Origin: Octopus vulgaris
Taxonomy: Eukaryota
DNA: 64,000 bases
NCBI GenBank assembly: GCA_951406725.2
Contig: OX597838.1
Location: 6,014,001-6,078,000, forward strand
Reading direction: 5' to 3'
Shown: piece after piece, positions 12,293 through 27,020 of the stretch
Layout of the letters: every line of letters starts with the position of its first letter
How positions within the stretch are numbered: position 1 is the first letter of the stretch
Position numbers and translations under genes: made by a program
Notes under the pieces: generated by a model
The model's database searches: none
What the model was told of the DNA's origin: nothing
The model's input: only the letters and a program-made list of their open reading frames with translations

Positions 12293-12296
<4 letters not shown>
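12111..12296 (+). mobile_element. Short Penelope-like (pLTR-type) element with a minimal hammerhead-like motif (12167-12200)
   Basis: CUGUAGA-A-GAGC(GUAA)GCUC-GAAA-CGUG; homologous to 13398-13601; 3' end abuts (TA)n. Confidence 0.7.
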
Positions 12297-12330
<34 letters not shown>

Positions 12331-13204
12331 TTTTCTTCCACTAAGAAACTGAGTTTTCTTTGAAATGACCCTCATTTCAGGAACTTGAGATTCAACTCGT
12401 CACTCAAGTTTTACCATACCTGCTTGCTCGTTTGAACGGCAGAGGAAGCAGCAGCTCAGAGATAAGTGAAATTTCTAGCTTTAACGCATACTGTTATTCG
12501 AACATAAATATATTCGTTGGAAGCGAAAACACCATCGCTACTTGTATATGGAATACCAATTACTGTAGGGACATGCAAGTTCAATAATAAAGCGTATCAT
12601 CACAACCTTTTACATGTCACTCTAGTGTCTTTCCTCTCTCTTTCTAATACGAAATTGGCACGCCCACACACACAAAGATACCACCTCGTATTTAGATGTA
12701 AATCAGATTTTTTCCATGGTCTTTCTTATGCAGAGTGTTGGCTATGTTAACGTGGAGACATATATAAATCAATACATGCGTGTACCGAGTGTATACAGAT
12801 ATATCAGCTAATATAGGCGTGCGTGAGGCTTTGTAAATGCGGTCGTTCAGATTTATTGCGCTTGGAAACTACTTGAAAAGTATTCCCAAGAATATATGGC
12901 TAGATTTAATCCTGCGTGTTATTGTCCATGCGAATGATACTCTTATAGAAATAGACTAGCTACATATATATATATATATATAGCTACTGTAGCAGGCAAG
13001 ACTCAAGTTCGCCATTAAAAAACGCATAAAGGACATTAGCTTAAAACATTTATTTTTAATGCGATGTTTGTAATTTCTATTATAAAGAAATTTTTAAGTG
13101 AATTTAGCGGTTTTCGAATGATTTTGAATGGGTAACTTTTGTTTCAAACAACTGCAGTCGCTTTAGTATGAAAATATTGTGTAAGACTTGGAAGTTCATT
13201 TCCT

Positions 13205-13358
13205 GTAGTGTCTGTGTGGTAAGTAGTTTACTTACCAAATATATGGTCCCGGGTTCAGTCTCACCGTGTGGCACCTTGTGCAAATGTCTTCTACTGTAAC
13301 CTCGGGCCAATCAAAGACTTGAGTAGATATGGAAGATGAAAAGCGGAAGAAGTCCGTC

Positions 13359-13398
<40 letters not shown>

Positions 13399-13950
13399 CG
13401 GGAGGCTTTATGAAAATAAACAAAAGACGAAGGCAGGTGGAATACAAACAAACAATTGTATTAGTATGGCGCTCAGGAATATAAATAAAACAAGTCTTTT
13501 ACGTTTCGAGCCTACGCTCTTCAACAGAAAGATACACAGAAAAGAAACACGGAAAGAAACAAGGAGAGACAAAAATGCGTGCAGAAGCTAGCGAATCAAC
13601 ATATATACACACACACATACATACTTTATTTAAAAGCAGCAGAATATAACAAAATCTGTTATTCGGAATTTCACGTTCCCCATTATATATATATATATAT
13701 ATATATAGATATATAGATATAGATATATAGATATATATATATATATATATAGATATATATATATATAGAGAAAGAGAGAGTGTGTCTTTGTGCCGCCATC
13801 ATCGCTTGACAAACGATTTTGATGTGTTAACGTTCCCGTAACATAGCGGTTCGGCAAGCGACACAGATAGAATAAGTCCTGGCGTCGATTTGCTCGACTA
13901 AATGTGGTGCTCCAGCATGACCACAGGCAAATGACTAAAACAAACAAATG
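13205..13950 (+). mobile_element. Family-A SINE interrupted in its internal (TA)n by two Penelope-like pieces
   Basis: 5' half 13205-13360, 3' half ~13780-13950 (catcgcttgacaa..tagcggttcggc..gtgctccagcatg..aatgactaaaacaa). Confidence 0.8.
13398..13601 (-). mobile_element. Short Penelope-like element with a minimal hammerhead motif (13495-13532)
   Basis: Minus strand UCUUU-CUGUUGA-A-GAGC(GUAG)GCUC-GAAA-C-GUA-AAAGA; stem I UCUUU/AAAGA. Confidence 0.75.
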
Positions 13951-14263
13951 TATATAAGAAGATACATGTATATATGTATATACACACACAAACGTAAAAT
14001 GAAAACAAGGTGTGTTAGGAACGGAAGGCAATGAAGTTGACCACTTGACACCGGTATTGCACATACGGAACCTTAGACAAATCAATTATATATTTTGTGT
14101 ACAGAAACACGTTAAGATACATGTGTGCAAAGACTTGGAGAGAGTTGGTTGGGAGAGAATTCGATTAGTTCATTGTACACTTGGAAATTGATATATCATT
14201 AATGTTCGCTGTCCAGACAGCAAATCCGTTCGGTACAATGCTCTTAATTTGCATACAGACATT

Positions 14264-14720
<457 letters not shown>

Positions 14721-14981
14721 CAAAAATTAGCTAAGCGAAAATATATGAAATGTCGTTGTGATGCAAACAGTTAACGATTCCGACTTGTTGTATAACATAT
14801 TTTCCAACATAATTCTAGTTGATCTCCTTTGTACTCGGAAAAAAAGAATGCAAACTTTGAAGGTATTATTTGGAAATTGTAAGGAGAATGAAATATTTTC
14901 TAAATATTGAGAATAATGTGCCTGCTAATTAGCTTGCAAGTAACAAATAAACACTCTTATTTTGGTATCGGAGTCAAGAAA

Positions 14982-15280
14982 ATTTACAATCTTATAATGA
15001 TATAATATAATATAATATAATAAAATAAAATAAAATAATAGAATGTTAAATGTTCATTCTGATTGAACTAGTACTTTCATACATTAAATTGCTTCACAAT
15101 TTTTGAATGAACACAGTCAGAAATTGTGAAGCATGACTGTCACCACTACTTCATGAACCTGAAGATTGCAGAATTTAATGCATGAAAGTACTAGTTCAAT
15201 CAGAATGAACATTTAACATTCTATTATTTTATTTTATTGTATTATATTATATTATATTATATCATTATAAGATTGTAAAT
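14982..15280. repeat. Long inverted repeat (109-bp arms, 2 mismatches, 81-bp spacer with inner hairpin)
   Basis: 14982-15090 is the reverse complement of 15172-15280. Confidence 0.95.
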
Positions 15281-15317
15281 AAAACTTGAAAATCAGACAA
15301 GGTTGGAATTCCTTTTA

Positions 15318-15374
<57 letters not shown>

Positions 15375-15549
15375 AAAATTACATATATGTATACGCATCT
15401 GTCCGTCTGTCTCTCCCGATGTGTATATATGTGATCAAAAACGATCGAAGTTTATACGAAGAGTCTATTGTATGTTTGCGAGTGATATTATTTATATAGA
15501 TTATGTATCCTCTCACTGTATACCATCCTTTTTTTGCTTTTCTATGCAG

Positions 15550-16310
15550 CTGTAGACCCTCTCCACATACAGCAGCAATACCCCATTATCAGCACCAGGT
15601 GCGCTTGGCAGTGTCGTCTAAATGTTTGGTGGACAAGTTAATTCTAAGCCCGGAAACGAAAGATTTGTCTTTCATATGCTGTCCTCGCCATACTAAGAAG
15701 GAGCTGTCGCCAGGGGAAATCTTTGTTAATTACACCTAATATTTGGAGCAACACAATTCTGATGTCCATAATTGCCTGCAGCCCTTGTTTATGGAGAAAG
15801 TGTCTGGGCGTCTTTCTCTGATATTATTAATGCTGTCGTTTTCAATTTTTCTTGGCATTTAAAAGAGGAAATATTTGAAGGCTTCTTTCGATTTCTCTGT
15901 TCATGTTGCCACTATTGGTCTTATTCCACGGTGTGGAACCTTCATTGTAAATGTAGCATGTTTGGTAAATGCAAGCATGTTTATACCTCTGCAGAAGGGG
16001 GACGTGATAGATGCAACTGGGAAGAGAACGGAACCTTGGTACACGCCACATTATAATGGTGTCCGGCACATGTAACAGCCTTGTGGCGCCAGCTGATCAA
16101 AAGCTAACAATGACAGATTAGATACGGATGGAACCTATTGACTGGGATTTGGCTTAGGAGATTGACACTCCAGACACAATCGATAAGTTTCTTTGATCTC
16201 CAAATGAATAAACATCGACATCTTTATATTCAAGGTTTTGGAAATTCTTTCATCTCTGAGCCTAATTTCCTTTACACCGTACCTAATTTTATAACAGTCA
16301 GAAGTCGCTT
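15550..16310 (-). pseudogene. Fossil non-LTR (L1/Tx1-like?) reverse transcriptase remnant
   Basis: Minus strand CGVYQGSVLFP (16050-16018), then GINMLAF (decayed xADD), QILGV further on; upstream LEIKETY/DCV resembles LDxxKAFDxV. Confidence 0.55.
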
Positions 16311-16949
16311 CCTCCCCTGAAATGAAATCATTACATATGAAAATAGGTCACCATTTTCACTAAGACCTCGAAAATGTGACAGGTTTATTATAATTCCCGA
16401 CAATACTCGAATCATTTCGTATTAAATTGCATTGAAAATCAGGGATAGATATTCCCCGAAGACTAATTGTACCATAAAATTATTTCTATAACGGCATTTG
16501 AAATTCATGATAATTCGTTGTAATGTTCGTTGCTTGAGAGAACGTGACATAAATAACACGCATAAATATTCTGAGAGGAGGGAAAATAGATTAGATTCCT
16601 ATGGGTGGACATTTGACGATAAAAGCTGGGTTGGGTAATGCACACTTATTGTCTAAAAGTTTAGTCATGTGATATAAATTCAGTAGAATTACGGGTAAAA
16701 ATTTGTTCCTAAACCAAATTAGCGAAATATAAATTATGTTTACCATGCATTTAAAATAAACACTTACAGCACACGCTCATACTCATGAATGTATAAATAT
16801 ATAAAGAATACATTTTGATACCTATGCAATGGAAGTGTAAATGTTTGCATGTGCAATTGGGGGATTTTCCACAACGGATCAGGGGAATATCAAATTATGT
16901 TAAAGCGATTACGCGTGTTATATATTTACATGTATAAGTCAAAACGAGG

Positions 16950-17210
16950 TTGCCCCTGCATATAGAACCTTCCCAGCATGCGTCTGAAGCTGCGCACTCC
17001 TGACGTTGTGGGGTCCTGATAGCCACCGAATCGAACCCGTACCGGTTCTGCGTAAAATTCACCTAGTACACTCTGTCAAGAGTTTTGGGTTTGGAAGAGC
17101 ATCCATGCGTAGCTGCCAAAAGCTGCCTGGGTAGCTCTTCAGCTAGCTAGCTCCCCATAAAACAACAAACATATGCCAGCTGGGATAACGGACGTTAAAT
17201 GATGACGATG
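16950..17210 (+). mobile_element. Degenerate SINE-like repeat, family D (ggaagggcatcc-type domain, (GAT)n tail)
   Basis: tacactctgt..ggaagagcatcca..atgccagc..aacggacgttaaatgatgacgatg; weaker copy at ~59935-60070. Confidence 0.6.
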
Positions 17211-17798
17211 TATATATATATATATATATATATTCTTTTTTTTTTCTCCAGAGTGGCGAATATTTTGATAGAAAAGACTATAGGCTGCATGACGTTATTT
17301 CTACAGACTTGGACAAGGATAAGCAACTTTATGCATACAGATATTAATTGAAAAATACAGGCTAATACATGTTTAGAGATAATTTGAGCGGAGAATACAG
17401 ATATAAATACGTTTATATTCACGTATGAGTATCTCTAAGAAGAGGAACTTGTGCAACTATCAAAATGTATGTAAGATTCAAAAGTATAAATATACTATGT
17501 ATATATGCTCTATAATTGCAATTAAGAAAAAGAGAAAAAAACAGAGCAATGCACACTGCGTCAGATATCTGGTAATTGGATTTCAATATGGATTCGTTTG
17601 TTCCAGAAAGTTCTCAATCCTGCACACAGATATGTTTCCATTCGGTTCAGTTGCTGATAATGATCAAATAATTACATTGACATAAAAGCATGCTAGTAAG
17701 GTGTCTAATTAACAAACCAATTTGTGTAAAGTGTGACATCTGATGATGGAACGACAGAGATCTAGGATAACGCTTTTATTTCATTTGAGTGTGAGGCT

Positions 17799-17799
17799 G

Positions 17800-17832
<33 letters not shown>

Positions 17833-18153
17833 ATATATATATATGTATGTAAATATATATATGTGTGTGTATATATATATATATGTATGTAAATGTATAT
17901 ATATGTATATATATATGTATATATAAATATATGTATATATATGTATATGTATATATATGTATATATATGTATATATAAATATATGTATATATATGTATAT
18001 ATAAATATATGTATATATATATGTATATATAAATATATGTATGTATATGAATATATATATATATATGTATTCATAAATATACATGTAAATACGTGTTTAT
18101 TTATATGTGTGTGTATATATACTTACATTAACATTCATAAGATAGTATATATA

Positions 18154-18184
<31 letters not shown>

Positions 18185-18195
18185 GTATATACATA
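17799..18195. repeat. (TA)n-derived compound microsatellite
   Basis: Direct reading. Confidence 0.95.
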
Positions 18196-18589
18196 GATAG
18201 ATACGAGGATATACCGATATGTCCGAGTTTCTTTATTTATTATGTGAGTGTGTGTGTGTGTATTCTAACTCAGACGTGCTGCACACTTTGTGAAGTATTA
18301 ATTATGTACATTTTGATACTGTGAACTATAAGATTGCGAAGAGAAATTCAAATTAAAAGTGCAGCCATTAGAAAATGTATAATTAGACATAATATGAATA
18401 TCGCCAGACGTCCATGTTTTGATGAAGCTGTGTTTAAATTGTGCGGAAACGACTGAAGTTGTTACGGAAATTCTTAGAATTGGGCGTATTCAATAAGCTG
18501 TTAAAAAGACAACGTTCGCTTTAACTCCCTCGCTTTTTACCTACCTACATACATACATGCATTCCGACCCATACACATGAGCATGTGTG

Positions 18590-18850
18590 CCAGTGTAGCA
18601 ACAGTATTACTGACTTGTGATACATCGCTAGTCACAGTGATTTTCCTCACATCATTGCAGGTTTTAAGTGAAGCCAACCCCTTTGGCTTGGCTGGAAGAG
18701 GAAGAGGCCACCTTGATGGAACGCCAGTTTGTCGTTGACTGAGATAGAGCAACGTGAAAGGAAGCGGCCAGCTCGGGACTACTCACCGGAGGTTTTGAAA
18801 CCCTAGCTACGATCATATGTATAGACACCTCCATCCTTGTGTCAGTTGCC
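18590..18850 (-). mobile_element. Highly degenerate head-E SINE
   Basis: gactgag..gagcaacgtgaaa.gaag..gctc.ggac resembles 37340-37400. Confidence 0.4.
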
Positions 18851-19240
18851 ATAAAACACGCATACACACACATACACACACATACACACACACGCACACA
18901 CACACACATATTGTGTGCGTGGTCAATTTTGAATCAAATAATTAAGATTTAGAAAGACCTTAAAAGAAATATCCAAACTTTGTTACAGTTTAAGACCCAG
19001 GTAATATGCTTGCAGAGCACGTTCCCCACTTATGGCTACCAGGTGTCACCGGCGATACTGTGCGTTCGTCGTTGGATCGTTGCGTAATTAGAAGCCTTAA
19101 TGTCACCACAAACATTTCGGCTACTAGTGTTAATAAAGCTTCTGGTTATACTCCGTCTACTGTATCAATCATGTAAACAGTATATATATATACATACACA
19201 CATATATATAGAGAGATATATAGATATATATATAAATAAA

Positions 19241-19453
19241 GTTAATCCAAACAAGAAAACACAAAAAAAAACACATGAACGCGAGGACGTAGAACAAATA
19301 TAGTATTATTGGACGCTCAGGAAAGGAGGGAAGAAGGATCGTTTAACGTTTCGAGCGGAGCTCTTCGTCGGAAACATAGGATAAGGAAAGATCGAGAGAA
19401 TGGAAGACACAGGAAAAAAATCGCCAACGGTACACACGAGGTCACATTTTGAA
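19241..19453 (-). mobile_element. Short Penelope-like element (second subfamily) with a minimal hammerhead motif (19341-19375)
   Basis: Minus strand GUUU-CCGACGA-A-GAGC(UCC)GCUC-GAAA-C-GUU-AAAC; shares the downstream TTCCTGAGCG..TAATAC motif with the other two copies; TA-rich flanks. Confidence 0.72.
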
Positions 19454-20138
19454 TATATATATATATTATATGATGATGATGATGAAATAGTCTAACAGAC
19501 GTGGCACTCAGCATTTGGTAAGAGTTGCATGTATTATTTAATAAATCGCATTCATCTTGATGCAACTTTATATCCTAGGCTTTCTGAGCATGCGAAATTT
19601 GCAAGGAGCTGAATCAAACAGTTATATATGGATGTGAAGTCATGGCCGAGTGACAACAGGCCGTCCGCCCCGAACAACTCCCTCAAGTCCGAGCCGAATG
19701 GCGTGTGTGGTTTAAAAATGATCGAGTAAGCTCGATCGATGAAGATGCAGTGTGCCTTACGTAGGATGTAAATGAAATTTATATCAGGCGATGTGTGTCA
19801 TATTTCTTTTATTAAGAATGAAAGTGTAATACGGTATAGTATTGTTATCCGCCAATGATGGGAAGGAATGTCAGATATGAAAGGAGACAAGGATCAGAGG
19901 AGGCAGGAGAGAGCCGAGTAGTGACGTTGCATCAATGAATGAAGCATGCCAACGTGGAAAATTAATGACAAGGCCTAACATATTCTTACAGAATATTTCT
20001 TTACACATTGAGGATGTCAAGTCGAACTTCCTAATCGCACGGTTATTACATACACACGAATACATATATTCCACACGACCGCAAACAATCATATATATGG
20101 CGATTATATTCATAAGTGTGTACGTGCGAAAGTGTGTG

Positions 20139-20175
<37 letters not shown>

Positions 20176-20260
20176 TCATACGCACACCTCATTCATAAAA
20201 GTTTGTATCATGGATGTTTTTCAGCACACACAGGCGCACGCGCCAGCTTCTCATTCTTTC

Positions 20261-20309
<49 letters not shown>

Positions 20310-23300
20310 TATGCGCGTATATGTATATATAGATATGCGTGTATATGTTTGCGTGTGTACGTATGTAAATATATATGAAGATATGCGTGCGTGTATATGC
20401 TTGTGTGTGAATATATATGTATATATATATATATATACACGTATATAAGTATATATAGTTATGCGTGTATATGTTTGTGTGTGTATATATGTATATATAT
20501 ATGTGTGTGTGTATGCGCGCGTGTGTGCTTCACGTTTCGTCAATCTATTCGTGTGTTAGCGCATATGTGTGAGTAAGATTGAAAAGCACAACACACTTTG
20601 GTTTGTGTATTAATACGGTAATCATATCTTTGCAATTTCAGTATAGATTTCCCAGTTTACTTTGAACTAATATAGCCTGGCCTGAAATTCGCTTTGAACT
20701 GGGCTCTATCATTATATTTGTCACTCAGCTATCGTACCGTCTTCGTTTGATGGAACACAACCCGAGAACTAAAATCTGTAAAAGGTTTCCTTGACATCTA
20801 GGTAGACTATAACATCATTTCTCCTTTGTAGAACAAGAACAGCATTGAACTTTGCATCTACCTTAATGCAATAGCAGTACTACTAGTATTGTTATCTTCC
20901 CAACCTCACTGTCTCGTGGTTTTTAGTCTAGTTTGATCGTATACACATAATCAAAATGATAAATATTTTAGGAGATATTTCTTAAGTAAAGTGTATACGA
21001 ATAGGTTTAAGATATTTGGCTATTCCTCGTTACCGAGGAATTTTTAAACTTATGTTTGATCATCCAATTGCTGGCACGACCGACATTTGTGTGGAATAAT
21101 TCTCCAGACAGGCCACATTCGTTGCTCAGTGAAGACCTTGGTTTGAGCCGTCTGGTCAATCGCCATTTCCATATACACTGACATATTCACCACATAAGTA
21201 GCATCAGACTGCCACACCTAAACCTTTACAATGAAGTCAGTTTCTGTAATCGACAACGTAGCTCTCGCATGCAATGTTACAATCATCAGCTAAATTGAAC
21301 AAAGAGCATGAACACCGACCGTAAATGCCAGGAAGAAGAACAACTTGGCATCACATCATTTAGTTGGGCATAGAACATGTTTTTATCGCTAATATTTCGA
21401 TGTAAATTACCCTATTCATGTTTTACAAAATTATCGTGGTATTTTGTTTCAGATATTTTGTGTTCTAAGCTCATATTTGCGAACTTCTCACTGGCAAAAT
21501 TTCCCTTTCGTCGATTTTCGTCACTTAGTGACAGATGAGACTTGAAAATATTTAAGGATTCACGATAAATTCTGGTTTCAAGAAGTAACGACGGTGAGTA
21601 AAGTATTTATTAGATCTTAAATAGGCGAAATCTCTCACCAAATCTGCAGTATCAATTTTGGAAAAAAAAATTAAATCATATTGTTAAACACGGCAGTGAA
21701 TGGAAAAATGTTTCATGTTAAAGGAAATAGCACCGCATGCTAAATCCATAGGTTCAGATTCTCTTTATAATTTTAACTATAAAAATGGAAGTTCTCCAAC
21801 AAAGTTGTCCTTTTGAAAAGACTTATCAATATGAGCTTTTCTTCAGAATTCCAGGTTATTTCCGTGCATGCTGTCACTCAACCTGTAAATTTGCCTTCTT
21901 TGTTTTCTGTTCCTCGTCGTGTGCCAGAAATCATTAGTAATTTCCAGATATAAGGTTCGATAAATGTATTATTATCTTACAGTATGTACTGAGGAAAGTA
22001 TTATAGACTAAAAGATAGAACGGGATTTCAGGTGAACGAAGCAACGATAAAACAATTCATATAACTATATGCAATTTGGTTCACTCAAATATCTACTCAC
22101 GATTTGTTTCTAAATACACTAGAAAAAATATCTTTTATATATGTACAAAGAGGAAATACTGGGATATAATTTCCTAGGTCAGCCCTACGACCACATACCT
22201 ATCATCGGATTTTCTGAATTACGTATTCGGTATTCATATTTTTGGTAAATTTTCCGTATTAGCAAAATTTACATTTACATTCCTTATAACATAATCGAAC
22301 TGACAAAGAAAATGCACTATCGCTATAATTGACTGAATTCTTGGAGGTTCCACGGCACTAATACAATGAAATGAATGGAATCAGAAAATTAATAAAGTAA
22401 GTGCCATAATAATGTTTTTCTAAATTTATTTCTTTGGTGTCTGCGAACATTTGATATACATGTTCATAAAATATTAGCCTTGAATATTTCATTATATCAA
22501 CTCATTTAAAAGAAGAGATAAAAATAATGATATTAATAAATTTTAATTAAAATCTTGTATTGTGATGATGACATTTGGTGGGCTGGCGAGTGAGCGAATT
22601 ACTTTGTTTTGTCTTCTCTTGTTTTCTTCAATAAATCTTATTTGAAATTCGGTTGTCTTTTGCTTTACGACTTTCGAAGAATAACGAAGTATACATCGCA
22701 TACAAACACACAACCGCTCATATTCACACAAAGTATGTATCAAAGTGGTTGTCGTTCTGCCGGCGTTTAAATATACGCGACTGTAATTTGAAAAGCGCTG
22801 TAACTAATCTTTTTGAAATTAAAATGCCGTCGATCACCGGAAGATAAGAGCTGATTGATATGATAAATAATTTAAGGAATTATTTTTATTATTTAGGTGT
22901 AATCGTGTGGTTAAACCTTTACTAGGTAGAACATGCTTTTAGATTGATTTCTATGCGTGGAATTTCGGACATATATTTATTATATAATAGCTTCAGATGG
23001 AGGAAAAATGTTCGCATTTTCTATACATGCCAAATTCTACTGAAGTCGATTAGAGTAACCAACTCTCATATTATATTAGGGCGTAATGATTTGCATGACT
23101 ACGTTTAGCGCCATCACAGTATCCCATACCATTATCTATTGCAGTCATTCGGCCAAGTTCCCAGTCGGATGTTCAGCATATTCTTTCCTTACATTCGAGA
23201 AAGATATGCGGAAACAGCTTCTCATACACTTTGATAGGCCACAAAGAAATACAATTTTATGACATCACAGACGTTCTTGACATGAGCATCAAATCTTGTG

Positions 23301-23799
23301 CGATACATATAAGATAAAATCTATCAATTACTAACCTGTTATTTTACCCGAACTAACATTTTTATCGAAAATGTGTCGGACGCAATAAAACCATTTTAAT
23401 TGGCATTTTGCTCCCTTGAGCAGGTGAAAACTTTTGTTTCGGAAATATCATTCGCCAAAACCAGGTTGATTATTATGCACCGTAAACGTCTGTCTGTTCT
23501 TTATTTTAAAATATTTTCTCGTACATGTAGTGAAGTTAATTCTCAAAAGTGTTTTAATCTCAACATTTCCGGTAAGAATTCTTCTATTAAAATTATTTCT
23601 CTATGCAAATTTATGCAATACAACTCCATTACTGCAATGAATTTTCTTAATAGAATCCTTTATTCTTTATCAATTAGTAAGAGCATTTCGCTGCTATAAA
23701 TTTTATGTATTAAACGATCTCTTTCTAAATAATAAAGATCACATTTTTCTGTATCAGATTATTCCTTTAATCACCCCTTTTATTCAAGTCTCTGTATTA

Positions 23800-24015
23800 T
23801 CCATCCATCCCTCAATCTATCTCACAATAAATCTATATGTCTATCCATCCATCTATCTATCTCTCCATCTATATATCCATCTATCTATTTATCTATCCAT
23901 TTATCTATCTATCCATTTATTTATCTATCCATTTATCTATCTATCCATTTATCTATCCATTTATCTATATATCTGTCTATCTATCTATCTAACAACAAAT
24001 CTATATATCTATCTA
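23800..24015. repeat. (TCTA)/(TCCA)/(TTTA)n tetranucleotide microsatellite
   Basis: Direct reading. Confidence 0.95.
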
Positions 24016-24769
24016 TGAAACCTACAACTGTTTTAAAATGGTGAATCAAAACCCCTTTCAAGACTTGCTTGTAATAACCAATTCCCCATAATTAGCGACA
24101 TCTTCTATTTCATTAAACATGTTCATTTACTACGCCATCAATCAAATCCAATTACTTGTATGTCAAGGTGATCGTCCTGACCAGGTCGCCTCTGGAACGA
24201 GAATTTTATATTTCTAATTTACAGTGTGACGAGTGGGAAATGCCAAATTCACTTTAACTATAACAGGGATAAAACTAATTATTTAGCAGTGGTTGACGCT
24301 CTATGACTACGTGTTAATTCTGGGTATTGCACTTTAAAAAGTAATTTGTTACAACCAAATTAATGCATGATACCCCCAAATCTCTGTATCACTATGTTTA
24401 AAATAGATTTAACTAATGAAGATTAAAAATCGTTTTCGTTTATTTATAACAGTTCTTTCATTAGAAACAGAATGCTTTGGCTTCTATAACTGACGTTAAG
24501 AATGTTTGAGTCGAACATGTTTTTGTTCCAAGATGAAAGAGTTATTGAGAATTTCGCTTTGCAACACATGTGGTTTGATGCTTAGCCACAATGTTACCTA
24601 CTTACAATCATACTCTCTAAATCAGTTTTATCAATGCCATGTGAGTGATGGAAGCTGTTCAATGGAAATCTGAGGTGCATAGGTGTTTATACGAGCGCAC
24701 GCATATATATGTGTGTGTGTGCGTGTGTATGTATATATTTATGGGTGTAGATATATATATATATATATA

Positions 24770-25070
24770 TGCGTGGTACCTTAAACAAGTATCGTCTACA
24801 TCCTCTGGTCAACAATAGCGTTGTGAGTGGATTTGGTAGATGGAAACTGAAAGAAAGCCGTCGTACACACACACGTATTTATGTATCTCTGTGCGCGTGT
24901 GGATGATTGTACCTGTGTGTATGAGTGTTAGTGAGTGCATGTCCCGGTAACTGAGAGGCAAATAAGACCGAAAGTATGTCCCAGTCTTTAAGCAAAAAGA
25001 TGATATATTCGACTGAAAAATTATCAAGGTGGTACCCTACCGTGGCCCCTGTCTAATGAGTGAAAACTCT
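24770..25070 (+). mobile_element. Degenerate family-A SINE
   Basis: ttgtgagtggatttggtagatggaaactgaaagaaagccgtcgta plus a decayed 3' half. Confidence 0.7.
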
Positions 25071-25199
25071 CAAAGACATAAGCTGATTAGTATTTTCTAA
25101 ATACTTGGAAATATTTGTGTGTGTGTGTGTGACATGATAGTAATTGCATCACTCCAAATATTTTCCCGTAACACTGAAGTAATTTCAAAGTAAATATAA

Positions 25200-25449
25200 C
25201 GTCGCCCTTTTCAAGCCTCACCAGGCCATGGGACCGGTCTCCCGTTTTCTGTGGCGTATGTGTCCCCCACCCAGCACGACGAGTCGCCATGTGACGAAAG
25301 AGTACAAGGGTCACCACCCCCTGCCGGAGCGTCGTGGATATTTTAGATGTTTTCGCTCAATAAGCACACACATCGCTGCTTGGAATCGAAAACGCGATCC
25401 TCCGACCGCGAGTCCGCTGTCCTAACCACTGGGCCATTGATCCTGCACT
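25200..25449 (-). mobile_element. SINE, head C with tail 2 (V-domain-like), 13-bp TSD
   Basis: Head tggcccagtggttaggacagcggactcgcggtc; TSD AAAGTAAATATAA at 25187-25199 and 25450-25462. Confidence 0.85.
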
Positions 25450-26479
25450 AAAGTAAATATAAAAAGCCTGAAATATTTCTGCAGTAAAATAACCTAATTG
25501 TAGCTACAAACCATGTGACTGTAGAAATCATTCTGATAACAGATCAAATACCGTTTCTGCCAGAAAATAGGTCACAGTGACATATTTAGCGTACAGTATA
25601 ATCGTCTACGTCTAACACCATCACCGTAGTCCATACCATACAATTGAGTTATTTTTTTCTTTTATAGATAGATTCATTTAACTACATGTTTATTAATGCA
25701 TAGAACTTATTCTTTAAATCACAAGAGTTCACAGGGTGTCGTTGTTTTTGGTTTTATAACGTATCAGATATTAAATTATTCATTGTATTTGCATTCTATA
25801 ATGCAACGATTAGATATCTGATCCGTTAAGTAGGCAATCAATTAACTTAATTCTTTTATCTATAATTTGCGTATATTTATCACCCGTTACAACTCAATAG
25901 TCATAGGGTTTTCTTTATGTTCAATAAATTGATAATCCATCTTTATTATTCCTACGTGTTTCCTTGCATAAGTACAAGAAGTATTCTTTTATAATCTTTA
26001 GTATTCAGTGTTTGAAGAATGCATAAAGATATTTCAGATTTTGGAGAAAAAATTCGGAGAAAATATTATAGGCAGATGTCCGGTTGTGTAGTTGCTTTGC
26101 AACGACGTTTTTTTCTTTTGTATTAATACATCAATACATTAAGATATCCCCGGGTGGACAAATGTCTTGCGGGTGAATTTGGTAAGCGGCGACCGTGTGG
26201 AAGACCGCTTGTATTAACATGTGTTGGTTTGCTTCCGCAACCGTAACTTAGAGGCTGAACAAAGGGGTACATTGAAATAAGTCCAAGAGTGAGAAATATG
26301 TTCTACCGTCGATTTCTGCGACTATACTGATGTTGAAGACGTTGCAAGAGTCATGGCCACATTCCAGTTACGGAAACCCATTTCCGCTGACAGAAAATAT
26401 ATTTAAGATATCTGTGACTGTATATGAATATATATATATAGAAATTATATACCGACATGTATACACTCAAGAATGTGCA

Positions 26480-26701
26480 TGTATATGCATATATATACAC
26501 ATTCATTCGTGATTTCATACATACATTATGTATATATATATGTATATATATATATGTAAATATGTAGGTATGCATAATATACTTATATGTATATATGTAT
26601 AAATGTATATATGTGTATACATACATATATATATATATGTATATGTATGCATGCATAATATGCTTATATGTATATATGTATAAATGTATATATGTGTATA
26701 C

Positions 26702-26733
<32 letters not shown>

Positions 26734-26855
26734 TGTATATATGTATGTATATATGTTATAATCTATTTATATGTATATATGTATGAATATATATATGCAT
26801 ATATGTATGCAAATATATGTCTATATGTATGCATATATATATATATATATGTACG

Positions 26856-26894
<39 letters not shown>

Positions 26895-27020
26895 GTATGC
26901 ATATATATTCACGTATATGTATTAATGCATAGATATGTATATATATATATATATATGTGTGTGCATATATATATATATATATGAATATATGTGTATATAT
27001 ATTTATGTATGTATATATAT
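26480..27020. repeat. Compound TA/TATG microsatellite with an internal ~55-bp duplication
   Basis: Direct reading. Confidence 0.93.
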
